This document shows, piece after piece, positions 36,525-49,729 of a stretch of 64,000 nucleotides of DNA. Each line of letters starts with the position of its first letter. The stretch's first letter is position 1. Both the position numbers and the translations under genes were made by a program. This stretch comes from Narcine bancroftii (Eukaryota), in the NCBI RefSeq assembly GCF_036971445.1, contig NC_091469.1, positions 159,526,001-159,590,000 on the forward strand. The letters run 5' to 3'. The notes under the pieces are model-generated. The model saw only the letters and a list, made by a program, of their open reading frames with translations, had not been told where the DNA came from and did no database searches.

Positions 36525-36744
36525 CAAATTTTGAAGCTTCTGCTCATTTAATAATAATCTGCCTGTTTATTTTCTCATCCAAAAATGACCAACCGTACAT
36601 TACTCAACATTGGATCTCATCGGCCATTTCTTTGCCCCTCTCCCAAACTGTCCAAGCCTCTCTGCAACCTTTTGGTTTCTTGAACACTTCCTACTCCACC
36701 ACCCATCTTGGTGTCATCTGCAAACTTGGCCACAAAACCATTCA

Positions 36745-36980
36745 CATGAGGCTCAAGATGAAGGCGTCCAAACTCCAAATCCAATGTGTAATTATCGCAT
36801 TGGCCATGGCCAGGAAGTGCAGAGTGGTTCCCTGGCAATCTGACTCGCACTTGGGCATTGCAGCTGGAATGCAGAAATGCAAAGCTGTGTCCCCTGGAGA
36901 AAATTATCTGTAACTTAAGGGAAAAGCAGAATGTTTTCCTGAAAATTTGGGATCCATATTTAAATTTCATAGGAGCACAG
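36745..36980 (+). mobile_element. L1/Tx1 C-terminal fragment, preceded by a minus-strand CR1 piece (36530-36745)
   Basis: IALAMARKC...W, LEKIICNLR...KIWDPYL. Confidence 0.7.
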
Positions 36981-37209
36981 TTAATGTGTAGTTCTGAGTA
37001 TCTCAGTCCCCTGCCTTCCCGATCTATCCTCCTCCTGAGGGTGGGATGGGGTGGGGGGTGGGAAGTCGGGTCCTATTCCAGCCCAATCAAGTAAAGTCAA
37101 GTAAAATGTACCCGCCAAGGTGCTGGCCGTCAGGCCCTGACAAACCTCTGATGTCAATGTGGATGTCTTGAATTTCTGCCACATTAGAGGAGAGCCCATG
37201 GAATTCCAG

Positions 37210-38030
37210 AATTTATATTAGATTAGAGAGGGAGAAGCTTTGGCTGATGGGCAGGAAGCAAAAGGGTGGGAATGAAGGGATCCTATTCTGGTTGGTTTCC
37301 GGTTACAAGTGGCGTTCCACTGGGATCAATGTTGGGGCTGCTTCTTTTCACAATGTATACCAATTATTTAGATTATGGATAAAATGGACTTGGGGTCCTC
37401 GTGCAGAATACCCTAAAGGTTAACCACCAGTTTGGATTGGCAGTAAAGAAAGCGAATAGTGTATAAGAGTAAAGAGGTGTTGATGAGGCTCTGTGGGGCA
37501 CTGGGGAGAGCCCATTTGGAGAAGTGTGTGCATTTTTGGGCCCCTTATCTTAGAAGGGATGTAATGATGTTGGAGAGTGTACAGAGAGGTTCCTGGAATT
37601 CAAGGGTTAACATTTGAGGAAGGTTGATCAGCTCTTGGACTCTATTCATTGGAGTGTAGAAGAATGAGAGGGGATCTCAGAAATATCTTGAATGTTGACA
37701 GGATTGGACAGAGTGGCTGTGAATGGGATGCTTCCCGGACAAGAGGCACAGTCTTAGAATTAGAAGAACCCATTTAAAATAGAGGAGGAAAAATTTCTTT
37801 AGCCAGAGGGTCATAGATTTTGGAATTCGTTGCCACATAGAGCTGTGGAGCCCTGATTATTGGGGAAGTTTAAGGGGGGAGATTGTCAGGTATCTAATTA
37901 GTCAGGGTATCAAGGAACATGGGGAAAAAGCAGGAATTGGGAACTAGATGTGAGAACGGTTTAGTTCAGGGTGAATTTGCAGAGGAGACTCGATGGGCTG
38001 AATGACCTACTTCTGTTCCTTGATCTTGTG
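37210..38030 (+). mobile_element. Degenerate CR1 3' portion
   Basis: Nucleotide similarity to other CR1 copies (QGS region, CVHFWAPYLR, 3' UTR). Confidence 0.8.
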
Positions 38031-38047
38031 ACATGGTTAGTGTAGAG

Positions 38048-39090
38048 CACATATGTCAAACTCTGGCCCGCGGGCCAATTATATTTGGCCCGCAAGATCA
38101 TATTAAATATATATTAGAGTTGGCCCGCTGGCCGCCGCGGCAGTATAGGGCATGCACACTGAAGGTGAAAATGAAGACGCCGGAGGTGTGGAGGGATCTC
38201 AGAGTCCCGAATCCCGGGGATCGGAGCGCTGCACTCAGCCCGCCCGGCTCCTGGACACACAGACGCGGCTGGAGTTGGGGACCATCCTCGCTGGATCTGC
38301 GCTTCAGCGGCGACGCCGGGCCGAACGTCTCGTTGGCGATGCCTTCCCCCTCGCTCAGTGCGCGGCGGACCCTGCCTCCCGCTCCTTTTGTTGGAGACGA
38401 GCCCGGTGCCGTGAGATCGCAGTTTAATCCCTCTCCAACCATGGGAGGGAGGTGGGAGCAACGCGCTCTTCTCAGCCAATTCCTCCACTGCCCCGGACGC
38501 CGGCGTTTCAACGGGGGGTTTGGGTGACTTCGTCAGGCGACCGACCTGTTGGTCCAAGACAAGGGGAGAGCGTACAAACTCCACACAGACAGCACCTGAA
38601 CTCGGGTGAACGTGGAGCTGCGACCCCACATTCCACATCAGGACTGTGTGTAAGATTGGGAGCAGTGAGACGGAAGCTTATTTTGTTCCTGTGATTTAAG
38701 CCTTTCTTGGGGTGGGGGGGTCCTTCTCTGACCACTTGCCTAACAATTAACCTAATCAGATGTGGAGTTACCACAATACAACAGTTCTCAACCTTTTTCT
38801 TTCCACTCGCGTCCCTGTGCCATTGGTGCTCTGTGATTAGTAAGGGATTGCTTAAGGTGGTCTGTGGGTGGAAAGAAAAAGTTTGAAGACCACTGCTTTA
38901 ATCATCCCTCATTGACTCGTCATGTGCACGGTTTCAGATCTCCAAAGGAAATGGGCCAATGACAATGACAATGAAAGAGTTTATCCAAAACTATTATTAA
39001 ACATTTATTTTAATAAAAGTTTAGCATTACATATGTTGAAAGAAGAGAAAACATGCAGATGTTGTTGAAAATTTTCAATAATATTTAGTT
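38048..39090 (+). mobile_element. Non-autonomous hAT (Charlie-like) DNA transposon with CpG-rich interior and nested inserts
   Basis: Left end CACATATGTCAAACTCTGGCCCGCGGGCCAA with GGCCCG subterminal repeats, preceded by GTGTAGAG (NTCTAGAN-like target). Right TIR not found. Confidence 0.6.
38782..38895. mobile_element. Short hAT-type MITE with ~25-bp TIRs
   Basis: CAGTTCTCAACCTTTTTCTTTCCAC ... GTGGAAAGAAAAAGTTTGAAGACCACTG. Confidence 0.65.
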
Positions 39091-39149
39091 TAGTTAGGAG
39101 TCAGAGGGACAAGAGAAAGCAAGAATTTGGAGCTCAGTATTTAGTATCG

Positions 39150-39600
39150 GGTCCCACCACATGTCAAACGGCCAAACCCTGGGTACATCCACAAGGGAAC
39201 CGCAACACCTAATATTCCGTCTGGGTACTGTCTAACTGGACGGCATTAGCATCCACTTCTCCAGTTCCTGTTAACACCCCCACTTCCCCCAATCTCTCCC
39301 CCCCCCACCCGTCTGACTCCCTTCCTCCAGCTCCTCACCCCCTTCCCTCTCCATTCAGTGAGCTCCCCTCTCCCCCCTACCCCTCACCTTCTGCCCTCCC
39401 ATATATGTTCACCTCCATCTTTTTACCTGTGAGCCTGCACTCCTCACCTCTACCCCCACCTTCCCTCCCCCACTCACCCCCACCATTATATTCAGGGACT
39501 TGCCTGCTGTTTGTTCATTCCTGACGAAGGGCCTAGGCCTGAAATGTTGGTTATTCTTCACTTCCTGTTGACACTGCATGACCTGCTGAGTTTGTCCAGC
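39150..39600 (+). mobile_element. Penelope 3' end with minimal hammerhead-like motif
   Basis: EPQHLIFRLG-like coding remnant, pyrimidine tract, CTGACGAAGGGCCTAGGCCTGAAATGTT at 39521-39548. Confidence 0.65.
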
Positions 39601-39649
39601 ACATTGGTGGATGGCACCACAGTCACTGCAGAATTTCCCATTAACACCA

Positions 39650-40345
39650 GTTAGTGTCAGACCCCCACCTCCTACAGTATCAGGTCCCACCTCCCATCAG
39701 TGTCAGACCCCCACCTCCTACAGTATCAAGCCATGCCTCCCATCTGTGTCAGGCCCCGCCTCCTACAGTATCAGGTCCAACCTCCTGCAGTGTCAGGCCC
39801 AAACCTCCCATCAGTGTCAGTCCCCACCTCCTGTCGGTGTCAGGCCCCTCCTCAAATTAGTGTCAGGCCACGCCTCCAATTAGTGTTAGGCCCCACCTCC
39901 AATAAGTGTCAGGTCCTGCCTCACATTAGTGTCAGGCCCCACCTCCTTCAGTATCAGGCCCAAACCTCCCATCAGTGTCAGGCCCCACCTCCCATCAGTG
40001 TCAGCCCCCATCTCCTGCAGTATCAGGCCCAAACCTCCCATCAGTGTCAGGCCCCATCTCCTGCAGTATCAGGCCCAAACCTCCTTCAGTATCAGGCCCA
40101 AACCTCCCATCAGTGTCAGGCCCTGCCTCAAATTAGTGTCAGGCCTCACCTCCCATTAGTGTCAGGCCCCACCTCCCATCAGTGTCAGGCCCCACCTCCT
40201 AATGTTGTCAGGCCCCAAACTCCCATTAGAATCAGGCCTCGCCTCCCATTGGTGTCAAGCCCCACCTCCCATCAGTGTCAGACCCCCACTTCCCATTAGT
40301 GTCATGTCCCAACCTCCCGTCGGTGTCAGGCCCCAACCTCCATCA
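39650..40345 (+). repeat. 23-bp minisatellite, ~30 copies
   Basis: Unit CAGTGTCAGGCCCCACCTCCCAT; CAGTG at 39973 and 39996. Confidence 0.92.
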
Positions 40346-41171
40346 AACCACCAAAATTTCCATTTCTCTGCAGTAACCGAACCTCACTGTGATGCAGCCG
40401 GCCAGGATGCCCTCGATTGATTTCTTGTAGAGGCTGACCTCTCGGGGAATGAAGATCCCGCCTGTCCAACCTCCCCCTGTACCTGATGCCCCCCCACTCC
40501 CTGGCAAATTCCTGTGCTCTTCCTGTCTGAATGACCCTCTCCGTGTAGTAAGGGGAACAGGATAGAGTAAATGCAACAGGCTTTTCACACTGAGGTTGTG
40601 TGAGAGAAGAACTAGAGGGCATGGGTTAAGGGTGAAAGGGGAAATATTTAGGGGAACATTCAGGGAGCTTCTTCATGTAGAGAGGGTGAGAGTGTGGAAT
40701 GAGCTGCCAGATGAAGTGTTGAATGCAGGCTTGATCTTCACATTGAATGGAAATGTGAACATGTCCGTGCAGGGGAGGGGTATGGAGGAATTGGGTCTGG
40801 GTACAGGGACGAGGCAGTATAGTTTGAACAGACTAGATGGGCTGAAGGACCCTTTTGTGTGCCATAGTGTTCTGCATTTCTGTTTATCTGCCCACAGTAC
40901 TCCGCTGGGGAGGACTGGGTTCCGGGAGTCCATGATACCAGTGGAAAGGCCAGCCCTGTTGAACAGCATGTGCGTCAAACATCAATGCACCATCTGCAGG
41001 GCCGGGATGCTGGCTGCAACTCGGCATAGGGAGAGGGAGGGGAGGGGGGGGGTCTTTGTCACCTGCCCTTCACACTGATGGTGCCTTCTGTGCATGGAAA
41101 CCCCAGAGGTCTCGGGTCCGGGTGCGCCCATCCTGGAGTGTGCAGGCACCATCTTGCTTCTTGTGTTTCAG

Positions 41172-41206
41172 GTGCCATTTACATCAATGTGGGGATGAAC
41201 CAATGA
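41172..41206 (+). CDS. Candidate terminal cytoplasmic exon (G)AIYINVGMNQ*
   Basis: Good acceptor cttgcttcttgtgtttcAG in non-TE DNA; phase-1 reading gives a YxNV tyrosine motif then a stop. Phase is assumed. Confidence 0.35.
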
Positions 41207-41666
41207 AGGTGCCGATCATGGACGACGGCTGGACCCAGGGAGACCCCGTCCCCTCCCTCATCTGGGCTGGGAACCCGTGACTGGTCTGGACTTAACTCCC
41301 AACTCTGCAATATTTGGTTGGGATGAAAAGCTCCCTGGCGCTGTCCATCCTGTCCCTGTGTTGGGAGTTGTCACCAATATTCCAGCCTCATTAGCACCAT
41401 AAGATATAGGAACAGAAAAGCCCCTTCAGCCCATCGAGACTACCCCTCCATTCAATCATGAGCTGATCCCCTTTCCCTTCTCAACCCCACTCTCCAGCCT
41501 TCTCCCCATAACCTTTGATGCCCTGGCTTATCAAGAACCAATCAATCTCTGCCTTAAATACACCCAATGACCCAGCCTCCTCAAGTTCAAGTTTATTTGT
41601 CATCTGATTGGACCAGGACAACGCGATGAAACTGCATTCTCCTGCCCACAGGGCACAACAGTGTAA

Positions 41667-42344
41667 TGTTACTGAGTTCGGTTTGTGTATTGGCCTATGT
41701 GTTGTGTGGTTTTATGATAAAAAGTGAGTTTGCCTTAGAAATGCAAGGTGAAGGTGGACTGCAGAGAGTGGGAGACGGACTGGGCATGTGCAGAAGATGA
41801 TCTAGAAATCTCTGGACTTGGATGATAAACCACCACTTGGGGTGGCTGTGGAGTGGAAGGAGGCCCAGAGCATGAGTTATGGTCTGGAGGACAGTTTAGA
41901 ATGTTGGGCATTTTAAAAGGGAGGAACATTCCGAAGGCAGCCAGAAGGATCTGGACCAAGCCTTTGTTCCTCTCTCTGCAGCAACACAAGAAGGCGACTC
42001 TTTTCTCTCTCTCGCAAAGATCTTTTGGCTTCAGTTTACCAAACAAACTGAATTTTGTTCATGATCTTTGCTTCGGTTGAGATCAAAGTTTTATGAGTCT
42101 TGTGTGTTTTTGTGTTTGTTTTGTGTCTAAGTTTTTCTGTGGGCTGGTTGGAAATATAACTTAGACTTTAATTACATATGTTATATTTAAGCTGGGGAAT
42201 GTATTAGTTTTACACTGTTATAGAGATTTGCATAGTAACCAATGGGGGATTTTGAAGGTGAATTATTTGTTAATAAAGTAATTGTTCATCTTTACCCCTG
42301 TGTGATATTGCCTTCTTTGTGGTTGCTGGTTTCATCTTGTAACA
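41667..42344 (+). mobile_element. Putative solo LTR
   Basis: TGTTAC...GTAACA inverted termini, AATAAA at ~42272; no TSD seen. Confidence 0.55.
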
Positions 42345-43019
42345 CCTCTCATTGTTCAAAATGTACTGGGGTTTGTAGGTTAACTGGGTGTAAATGGGCA
42401 GCAGGGGTTCGTGGGCTGAGTGGGCCTGTTACCACGTTGAATGTCTGAATTTAAATTAAAATAATTTCATGATTCAGAATGGTAGAAGCGCCTTCCTGCT
42501 CATGAAACCCATGCTGCCCAATTAACCTATAATCCCCGTACACATTCGGAGGGCGAGATGAAACCCGAGCCCCCGGACAAAACCCTTGCAGGTCACAAGG
42601 AGACGGTACTAACTCTTGAGAGACGACGCTGGATTTGAACCTGGGTTACTGGCACAGTAATAGTGTGGCGCTAAGTTGCCCAAGGGAAGGATGTGGAGAT
42701 TTGGAAAAGGTTCAGATTTGCCAGGGGACTGTCTGGATTGGGGGGGGGGGGTGAGGACACCTATGGAGAGAGATTGGACAAATGGGATTTTTTTCTCTGA
42801 AACGTGGGAGGCCAAGGGGAGACCTGATAGAGGTTTATAAAAATGATGAGGGGGGGAATTAAGGTGGATGATCAGAGTCTTTTTCCTCAGGGAGAAGTGT
42901 CAAATATTCTTCACAACATTTAACCTGAGGACAATTGGGAGGGTCCGCTCTGGCTGCATCATTGTGTGGGACGGCAGCTGCAAAGCATCGGAACGGACGT
43001 CATTACAGAGGGTCACCAA

Positions 43020-43530
43020 TGTCAAAGGAGAACAGGCAAAGAACTGGCAAATGAAATCCAATGTAGGAAAGTGTACGGTCACGCATTTTGTTAGAAAGAT
43101 TAAAAGGGTAGACGATTATTTGGATGGCGGAAAAATTCAAAGGGATTTGGGAGTCCTCATACAGGATCCCCTGAAGGTTGAGTCTGTGGTAAAGAAGGCA
43201 AATGCAATGTTGGCATTCATATCTAAAGGAACAGGATTCAAGAGCAGGGATGTGGGTTTGTGGCTTTATAAGGCACTTATAAAGGCCTCCAGGTGAGGCC
43301 TCACCTGGAGTACGCGTACAGTTTTGGGCTCCTTATTGAAGAAAGGATGTGTTAGCAGTGGAGAGGATTTAGAGAAGATCCACAAGAAAGATTCCTCGAC
43401 TGAAGGGATGAGAATATGAGGCTCATTTGGCCCTTGGACTGTACTCCTTGATGCTCAGAAGAATGAAGGGGGATGTCATAGTAGCATTTCCAATGTTGAA
43501 AGGTCTGGACAGAGTAGATGAAGCCAAGGT
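43020..43530 (+). mobile_element. Degenerate CR1 fragment
   Basis: WQMKSNVGKC.V.HF...RDLGVL...VVKKANAMLAFI. Confidence 0.8.
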
Positions 43531-44469
43531 AAAATAGGAAAGTCTGTAGACACCGAAGGTGAAGTAAAAACATGACGCTGGAGAAACTCAGCAGGTCAAA
43601 CAGTGTCCTTTGTGGGTAAAGATCTATAACCAAGGCTTTGGGCTTGAGGTCTTCATCAAGGTTGGGACAAAATGTGGACAGGTGTCTGAACAAAATGGTG
43701 GGTGAGAGAAAGAGGAGTGGAAGGAGCACAGACCCAAAACCACCCTTAAATTGGAGGAGCAACGCCTAAAATTCTGTCTGGGTTCTCTCCAACCGGATGT
43801 CATTAACATCAGCTTCTCCAGTTTCTGCTAGCCCACGCCCTGTTCTCCCTCCCTCCCTCATTTCCCCTGTCTTTCTTTCAACACTCCTCCCTTTTCCCTC
43901 TCCATTCACAGAGAAATTCCCCCCTCCCCCAGTTCACTGCTGTGCCTCTCTCCCTTCTCCACCTATTACCTCCAGCCTGTGGGACTCTGTTTCTCCCGCT
44001 GCCCCTTCCCCACCATTTCGTTTGGGCACCTGCCGTCATTTTTCTCATACGTTGATGAAATTCTCCCAAGCTTTTCCTTCTTCGTGGTGAAGGGAGGGGG
44101 TGTTCTCCCCAGATCTGGTGCCCTGCATCAGTCCACTGCTCCCCAAGATTCTGCAACCCCTCATGGAAAGCTACTCAGTTCAGGCACCGCCACCTTGGAC
44201 ACAGACCTCTGTGGTTTGCAGGATTTTAAAAGAAACATTGGCTCCTTCAATGGGCCATTTAATGGCTGTACAGAGTACTTGGCCTCATGACCAGGCAGTA
44301 GGACCCTGAGGGGCAGTGCTGTGTCTCCCCTCCTCACTCTCCCGGGTCCTCACTAGTGGCAGTACTGTCGTTGCAGCAGCTCTGCCAGTGCTGCCATTTT
44401 GTGTTTGTTGTTGACAGGATTAGGGAATTTCCTATCGTGAGAGATGGGAAAAACTAGGCCTGAGGATGG

Positions 44470-44910
44470 CGGAAGTCGGAGAACACGACCCAGTCCTCGT
44501 GGAGGCTCAGGATTGGAGAGGGTCAAGACCTTCAAATTCCTGTGTGTCAACATCTCCTGGAGCCTCCATGTTGATATAATCATGTTGAAGCCCCGCCAGC
44601 GGCGATACTTTGTGAGGAGTTTGAGGAGATTCGATATGTCACTGAAGATTCAAACTGCAACAGGAGAACTGTGGAGACCATTTTGGCCGGTCACATCACT
44701 GTCTGGTACAGAGGGGCCGATGCTCAAGACAAGAGAGAACTCCACAGGGTCATTTACTCGGCCAGCAACATCACGGGCTCCAGGCTTCACTCCATCGAGG
44801 ACATCTACATGAGGCGGTGTCTTAAGAAAGCAGCCTCCACCCTCATGGATTCACCACCCCCCCCCCCCCACCCAGGCCATGTTCTCTTCAATCTGCTACC
44901 ATCAGGTACA
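44470..44910 (+). mobile_element. Rex1/Babar fragment
   Basis: ERVKTFKFL, ILAGHITVWY, HPGHVLFNLLPSG. Confidence 0.8.
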
Positions 44911-45419
44911 AAGATGATTTCAGATTGATTGTCAGAGTACGTACACGACATCACATATAACCCTGAGATTCTTTTCTCCTGAGGGCCAGGCAGAATTACC
45001 ACTAATTGGTAGTGCAAACATTACACAGAGTAAAACATGAAAACAAAGAACTGTAAACAGATAACGAATGTAAATCAACTGTAATGCAGTGAGAACAAAA
45101 AGAAAAAACAATGAAATGCTTAAATGAGTGTGGTGAGTCCTTTAATACGACGGCTGCTTTTCCAAGACAGAGGGAGGAATTAATGGAGGGGACGGGGATG
45201 TGTGGGTGTGATGGTCAAACTCAGTCATTCTCAACCATTTTCGCCTCTGGCCCTCTGAGGACACAGTTCAAACTTTATTGACCCCCTTTCCAGATTGAGC
45301 AATGCTGTTACATGCCCATGATCGGGACCTCCCTCCCTACGTTTTTGTTCAGATTCCTGCCGACATTTTTTGATACCATGATGAAAGTTTCAGGCCCAAA
45401 ACATCAGTTAGATATTTTA

Positions 45420-46378
45420 ACCTTTGCAATATAAAGGACAAGAAACATGAAAGGACCTAATGGTTCGGATGAGGAATTGGAGTTGGAGGCGGCCAGAAGA
45501 GGAGGAATGAGGAGAGAGTGACAGGGGTAAATTGGTAGAAGGCCATTCAAAGGAAGGTAAGTGAAAGGAGTGGCCAGCGAGGAGCGGCCAGGGAGTGAGC
45601 AGATCAGGAAAGGATTGGGGCACCGAGGCTTTGGATTGAGAAGATTCAGTTCTGGAGCAGATGGGACCAGTACCGAGGATGGTCTACATCAGGGCAGGGC
45701 CAGGACCAATGTTCCAGGGAGTTTGTTTGGTAGTGCTATTGGGGAATGTGCAGATAGCTATGAATGAATATGATATAATTGGGATGACAGAGACATGGCT
45801 TCAGCGAGACCAAGGCTGGGAGCTCAACATCCAGGACTACTCGATTTTCAGGAGGGATAGACAGAAGGGAAAAGGAGGTGGGTAGCTTTGTTGGTTAGAG
45901 AGGAGGTAAACTCAATAGAACGGAAGGACATTAGCATGGAGGATGTGGAATCGATGTGGGTAGAGCTGTGAAACACAAAGAGGCAGAAGACGCTAGTGGG
46001 AGTTGTGTACAGGCCACCTAACAGTAGCAGTGAGGTTAGGCATGGTATTAATCAGGAAATTGGAAATGTGTGCCTCAAAGGGACAGCAGTTCGAAAGGGT
46101 GACTTTAATCTACATGGAGATTGGGTGAACCAAATTGGTCAGGGTAATGAGGAAGTGGATTTCTTAGAATGTATGTGGCATTGTTTTCTAAACCAGCGCG
46201 TTGAGGAAGCAACGAGGGAACAGGCCATTCTAGACTGGGGATTGAATAATGAGGAAGGGTTAGTTCACAATCTTGTGGTGCAAAGCCCCTTGGGCAAGTG
46301 TGACCACAATAGGGAGAAATTCTTTATTAAGATGGAGTGTGACAGAGTTTATTCGGATACAAAGGTTCTGAACTTATT
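45420..46378 (+). mobile_element. CR1 5'/endonuclease fragment
   Basis: IIGMTETW, VVYRPP, GDFN, ILDW, CDH. Confidence 0.85.
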
Positions 46379-46384
46379 CAGAAC

Positions 46385-46790
46385 CAGGGTTGATGTCACT
46401 TCTAGCTTCACTTCCAGCGAACGATGGGGACAGCCATCTTCAGGACGGACATTTTGGAGGCTGCCGACGCACACATACAATTGCAGCGAGTCAGACAATG
46501 AAATGACGCGAGCATCCATCGTTCTGGATCAGTGCAGCCCACATCAATTAGCAAGGCCCACCATGAATTGTTTGTTTGAAGCGGGAAGCACCGAAAGCTT
46601 TATACACCCTGGTAGAGTGCGGCGCTGCTCCCTCACAGTGACCCCAGTCAAGTGTAAGATCTCATTGCCCTCCAAGTCCCATTCGACCAAAATCCAAGGG
46701 AGCTGCATAGTAACACTAACCATGGGTGCCACCAAGGACAAGAATTTTAAATTGCTCATGTTGCCACAGCTCTGTTCACCATTTATACTT
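46385..46790 (+). mobile_element. Gypsy LTR retrotransposon protease remnant
   Basis: NCLFEAGSTESFIH (degenerate D-S/T-G aspartic protease site). Confidence 0.6.
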
Positions 46791-46809
46791 CCAGTGGCAA
46801 CTTAAAAGT

Positions 46810-49500
46810 ATTCTATATAACCATATAACAGTTTATGGCATGGAAACAGGCCATCTCGGCCCTACAAGTCCACGTCGGTTCACTCGAGTAGCTCCACTAG
46901 CTCCCCCACCTATTCTCCGCCCATAACCCGCTCAACCCTCTTATCCATGTATATATTCAGTCACCTCTTAAATTAAAGTATTGATTCTGCCTCAACTATT
47001 TCCTCTGGAAGATTATTCCATTCAGACACCTCTCTCTGAGTGAAGAAACATCCTCTAATGTTTCTCCTAAAATTTTGCCCCCTCACCCTCAACTTGTGTC
47101 CTCTTGTTTCAACCTCCCCTGCTCTCAGAGGAAAGAGTCTACTTGCATCTAGTCTATCTATTCCCTTCATAATTTTAAACACCTCTACCAAATCCCCTCT
47201 CATCCGTCTACGTTCCAATGAATAAAGTCCTAACCTCTTCAATCTTTCTCTGTACTCGAGGTATTTTAAGCCAGGCAACATCCTTGTAAGTCTTCTCTGC
47301 ACCCTCTCCACCTTATCTATATCCTTCCTATAATTTGGAGACCAGAACTGAGCACAATATTCCAAACCTGGCCTCGCCAATGTCTTAAACAGTTGTAGCG
47401 TCACTTCCCATGCTATGCTATGATTTACGAAGGCTAGCGTACCAAATGCCTTCTTATCCACCCTGTCAACATGGGAATCCACCTTCAAGGAACGCTGCAC
47501 CATAACTCCAAGATCACCTTGTTCTTGTGCATTCCCCAATGTCCTCTCCTTTACTACATATGTCCTATATTGATTATTTTTACCGAAATTAATCACCTCA
47601 CATTCTCTACATTAAATTCTATCTGCCATCTTTCAGCCCAACTCTCCAGACAAAGCAAATCCCTCTGTAATCTCTGAAAACCTTCCTCGCTATCCACCAC
47701 TCCCCCTATTTTCGTATCGTCTGCGTACTTACTTACACATTTAACCACCCCATCATTCAAATCATTAATATAAATTTTGAACAACAGGGGACCCAGCACC
47801 GATCCTTGAGGTACTCCGCTCATCACAGGCTTCCATCCTGACAGACAGTTGTCCACCATGACCCTCTGCTGTCTCTCCTCCAGCCACCTCTGAACCCATC
47901 TTACTATTTCTCTATTAATCCCTATCTTTTCCATAACTAAGCCATTTGCCTTACTTATCTCACATAGTCCTTTTCCTTCGTGAACACAGATGAGAAAAAA
48001 TCATTTAATATCTCTCCCATCTGATACAGTTCCTCACACAGTTCACCACTCTCATTTTCCAGCAGTCCTATTCTATCCTTAACCCTCCTTTTAGTATTCA
48101 CATCTGTAAAATCCCTTAGGATTCACTTTTATTTATCAGCTATTGACACCTCATACCTTCTTTTTACCTTTCTAATTTCTTTTTTCAGTATTTTTCTTCA
48201 ATCTATGTAATAATCATCCATCATATCCATTTTTTTCCTTCTTAAATTTAGTACAAGCCCCCCACTTATCCCAAACTAACTTCCTAATTTTTCCAGAAAA
48301 CCACGGTTCCCTTAAGCTTTTGGCCTTGCCTTTTGATCTGACTGGCTCGTAAAGATCCTGTACTCTCAATATCTCTTCATTAAATACCCTCCAAATCTCC
48401 TCTCCTCTACATCCTTTCCTGAAAAAAGATCAGCCCACACAATTTTCTGCAAATCCCTTCTCATTTCTTCAATTCTGGCCTTCCCTCACTCAAAGACCTT
48501 CAACCTCGGACCTGACCTATCCCTTTCCATATTCAAGTTGAAGCTAATGGACCGATGATCACTGGATCCAAAGTTCTCACCAATGTACACTTCTGTCACC
48601 TGCCCTATTCCGTTCTCTAACAATAGATCTAACACTGCCTCCCCTCTGGTAGGCATCTCAACATACTGCTGTAAAAAGCAATCCTGAACACATTGTACAA
48701 AGACTAAGCCATCCTGCCCTCTCACTGATTGTGTTTCCCAATCAATGTTAGGAAAATTGAAATCCCCAACTATCACAACCCTGTTTCTACTACACATCTC
48801 AGCTATTTCCCTGCACATTTTCTCTTCCAGTTCCCTATCCTCTTTGGGCGGCCTATAATATACCCCTACGTTTGTAGCCTCACCTTTCTTATTTTTTTAG
48901 TTCAACCCACAGAGCCTCGTGTGATGAATCCTCCAGTCTATCTTACCTCCGTACCGCTGTAATATCTTCCCTGACAAGCAATGCCACACCTCCCCCTCGT
49001 ACCCCGCCAATTCTGTCACGTCGAAAGCAGCGAAATCCCGGAATATTTAGCTGCCAGTCACAACCTTCCTTCAACCATGTCTCACTAATTGCTTTCACAT
49101 CATAACACCACATGTCAATCTACACCATCAGTTCATCCACCTTGTTTACCTCACTCCTTGCATTGAAATAAATGCATCTCAGAGATCTTCCACCTTTAAC
49201 TTTCTGCCTCTCACCTTCTCTACAATTGTTGCTATGGCCACTATTTATTACTTGCCACTGTTCCACCTCCAGATTGTGTGAAAATGCCTTTTTACTTTGC
49301 CTAAAGACTCTGTTCTTGCTCTCCTCCCTGACATGAACCCTTGTCCCCAACCTTACTTGTTTAAAGCCCTAGCAAATGCCCCTGTCAGGAGACTGGTACC
49401 TCTGCGATTTAGATGTAACCCATCCTTATAGTATTGGTCCCATCTCTCCCAGAAACAGTCTGGACCCTGGCACCAGGAAGGCAAACCACCATCCGGTTTT
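46810..49500 (-). mobile_element. CR1 with internal deletion, lying between the Gypsy protease and RT remnants
   Basis: ORFs 46973-49350 (YFNARS, GDFN, GSSDH, QGSVLGP, YADD); jump near 47935. Confidence 0.9.
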
Positions 49501-49729
49501 CTTTATCTCATCCACAAAACCCTCTGATCAAATATGACGGGCCCCACCCCTCCCTCCCTGTCCGTAATAACCACCTTTTAAATTGCCTGCTGCCTCCCCG
49601 CACACAGTCAATCAGCGACCAAACACTGCCCACTGCTGACGACATGTGGTCAGTCCACCCTCCAGGTACCCTCCACCCTGTTCACAAACCTCACTCCCAA
49701 CTGTAAGCAGGTGACAACCAAGAGCAGGT

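Noticed and set aside
38033-38694. Overlapping long ORFs on both strands
   Set aside because: A by-product of high GC inside a DNA transposon; no domain motifs.
39700-40299. 199-aa Pro/Gln/Cys-rich ORF
   Set aside because: Translation of the 23-bp minisatellite.
45996-46805. Endonuclease-protease fusion ORF (269 aa)
   Set aside because: Chance in-frame junction of decayed CR1 and Gypsy remnants with mutated catalytic motifs.
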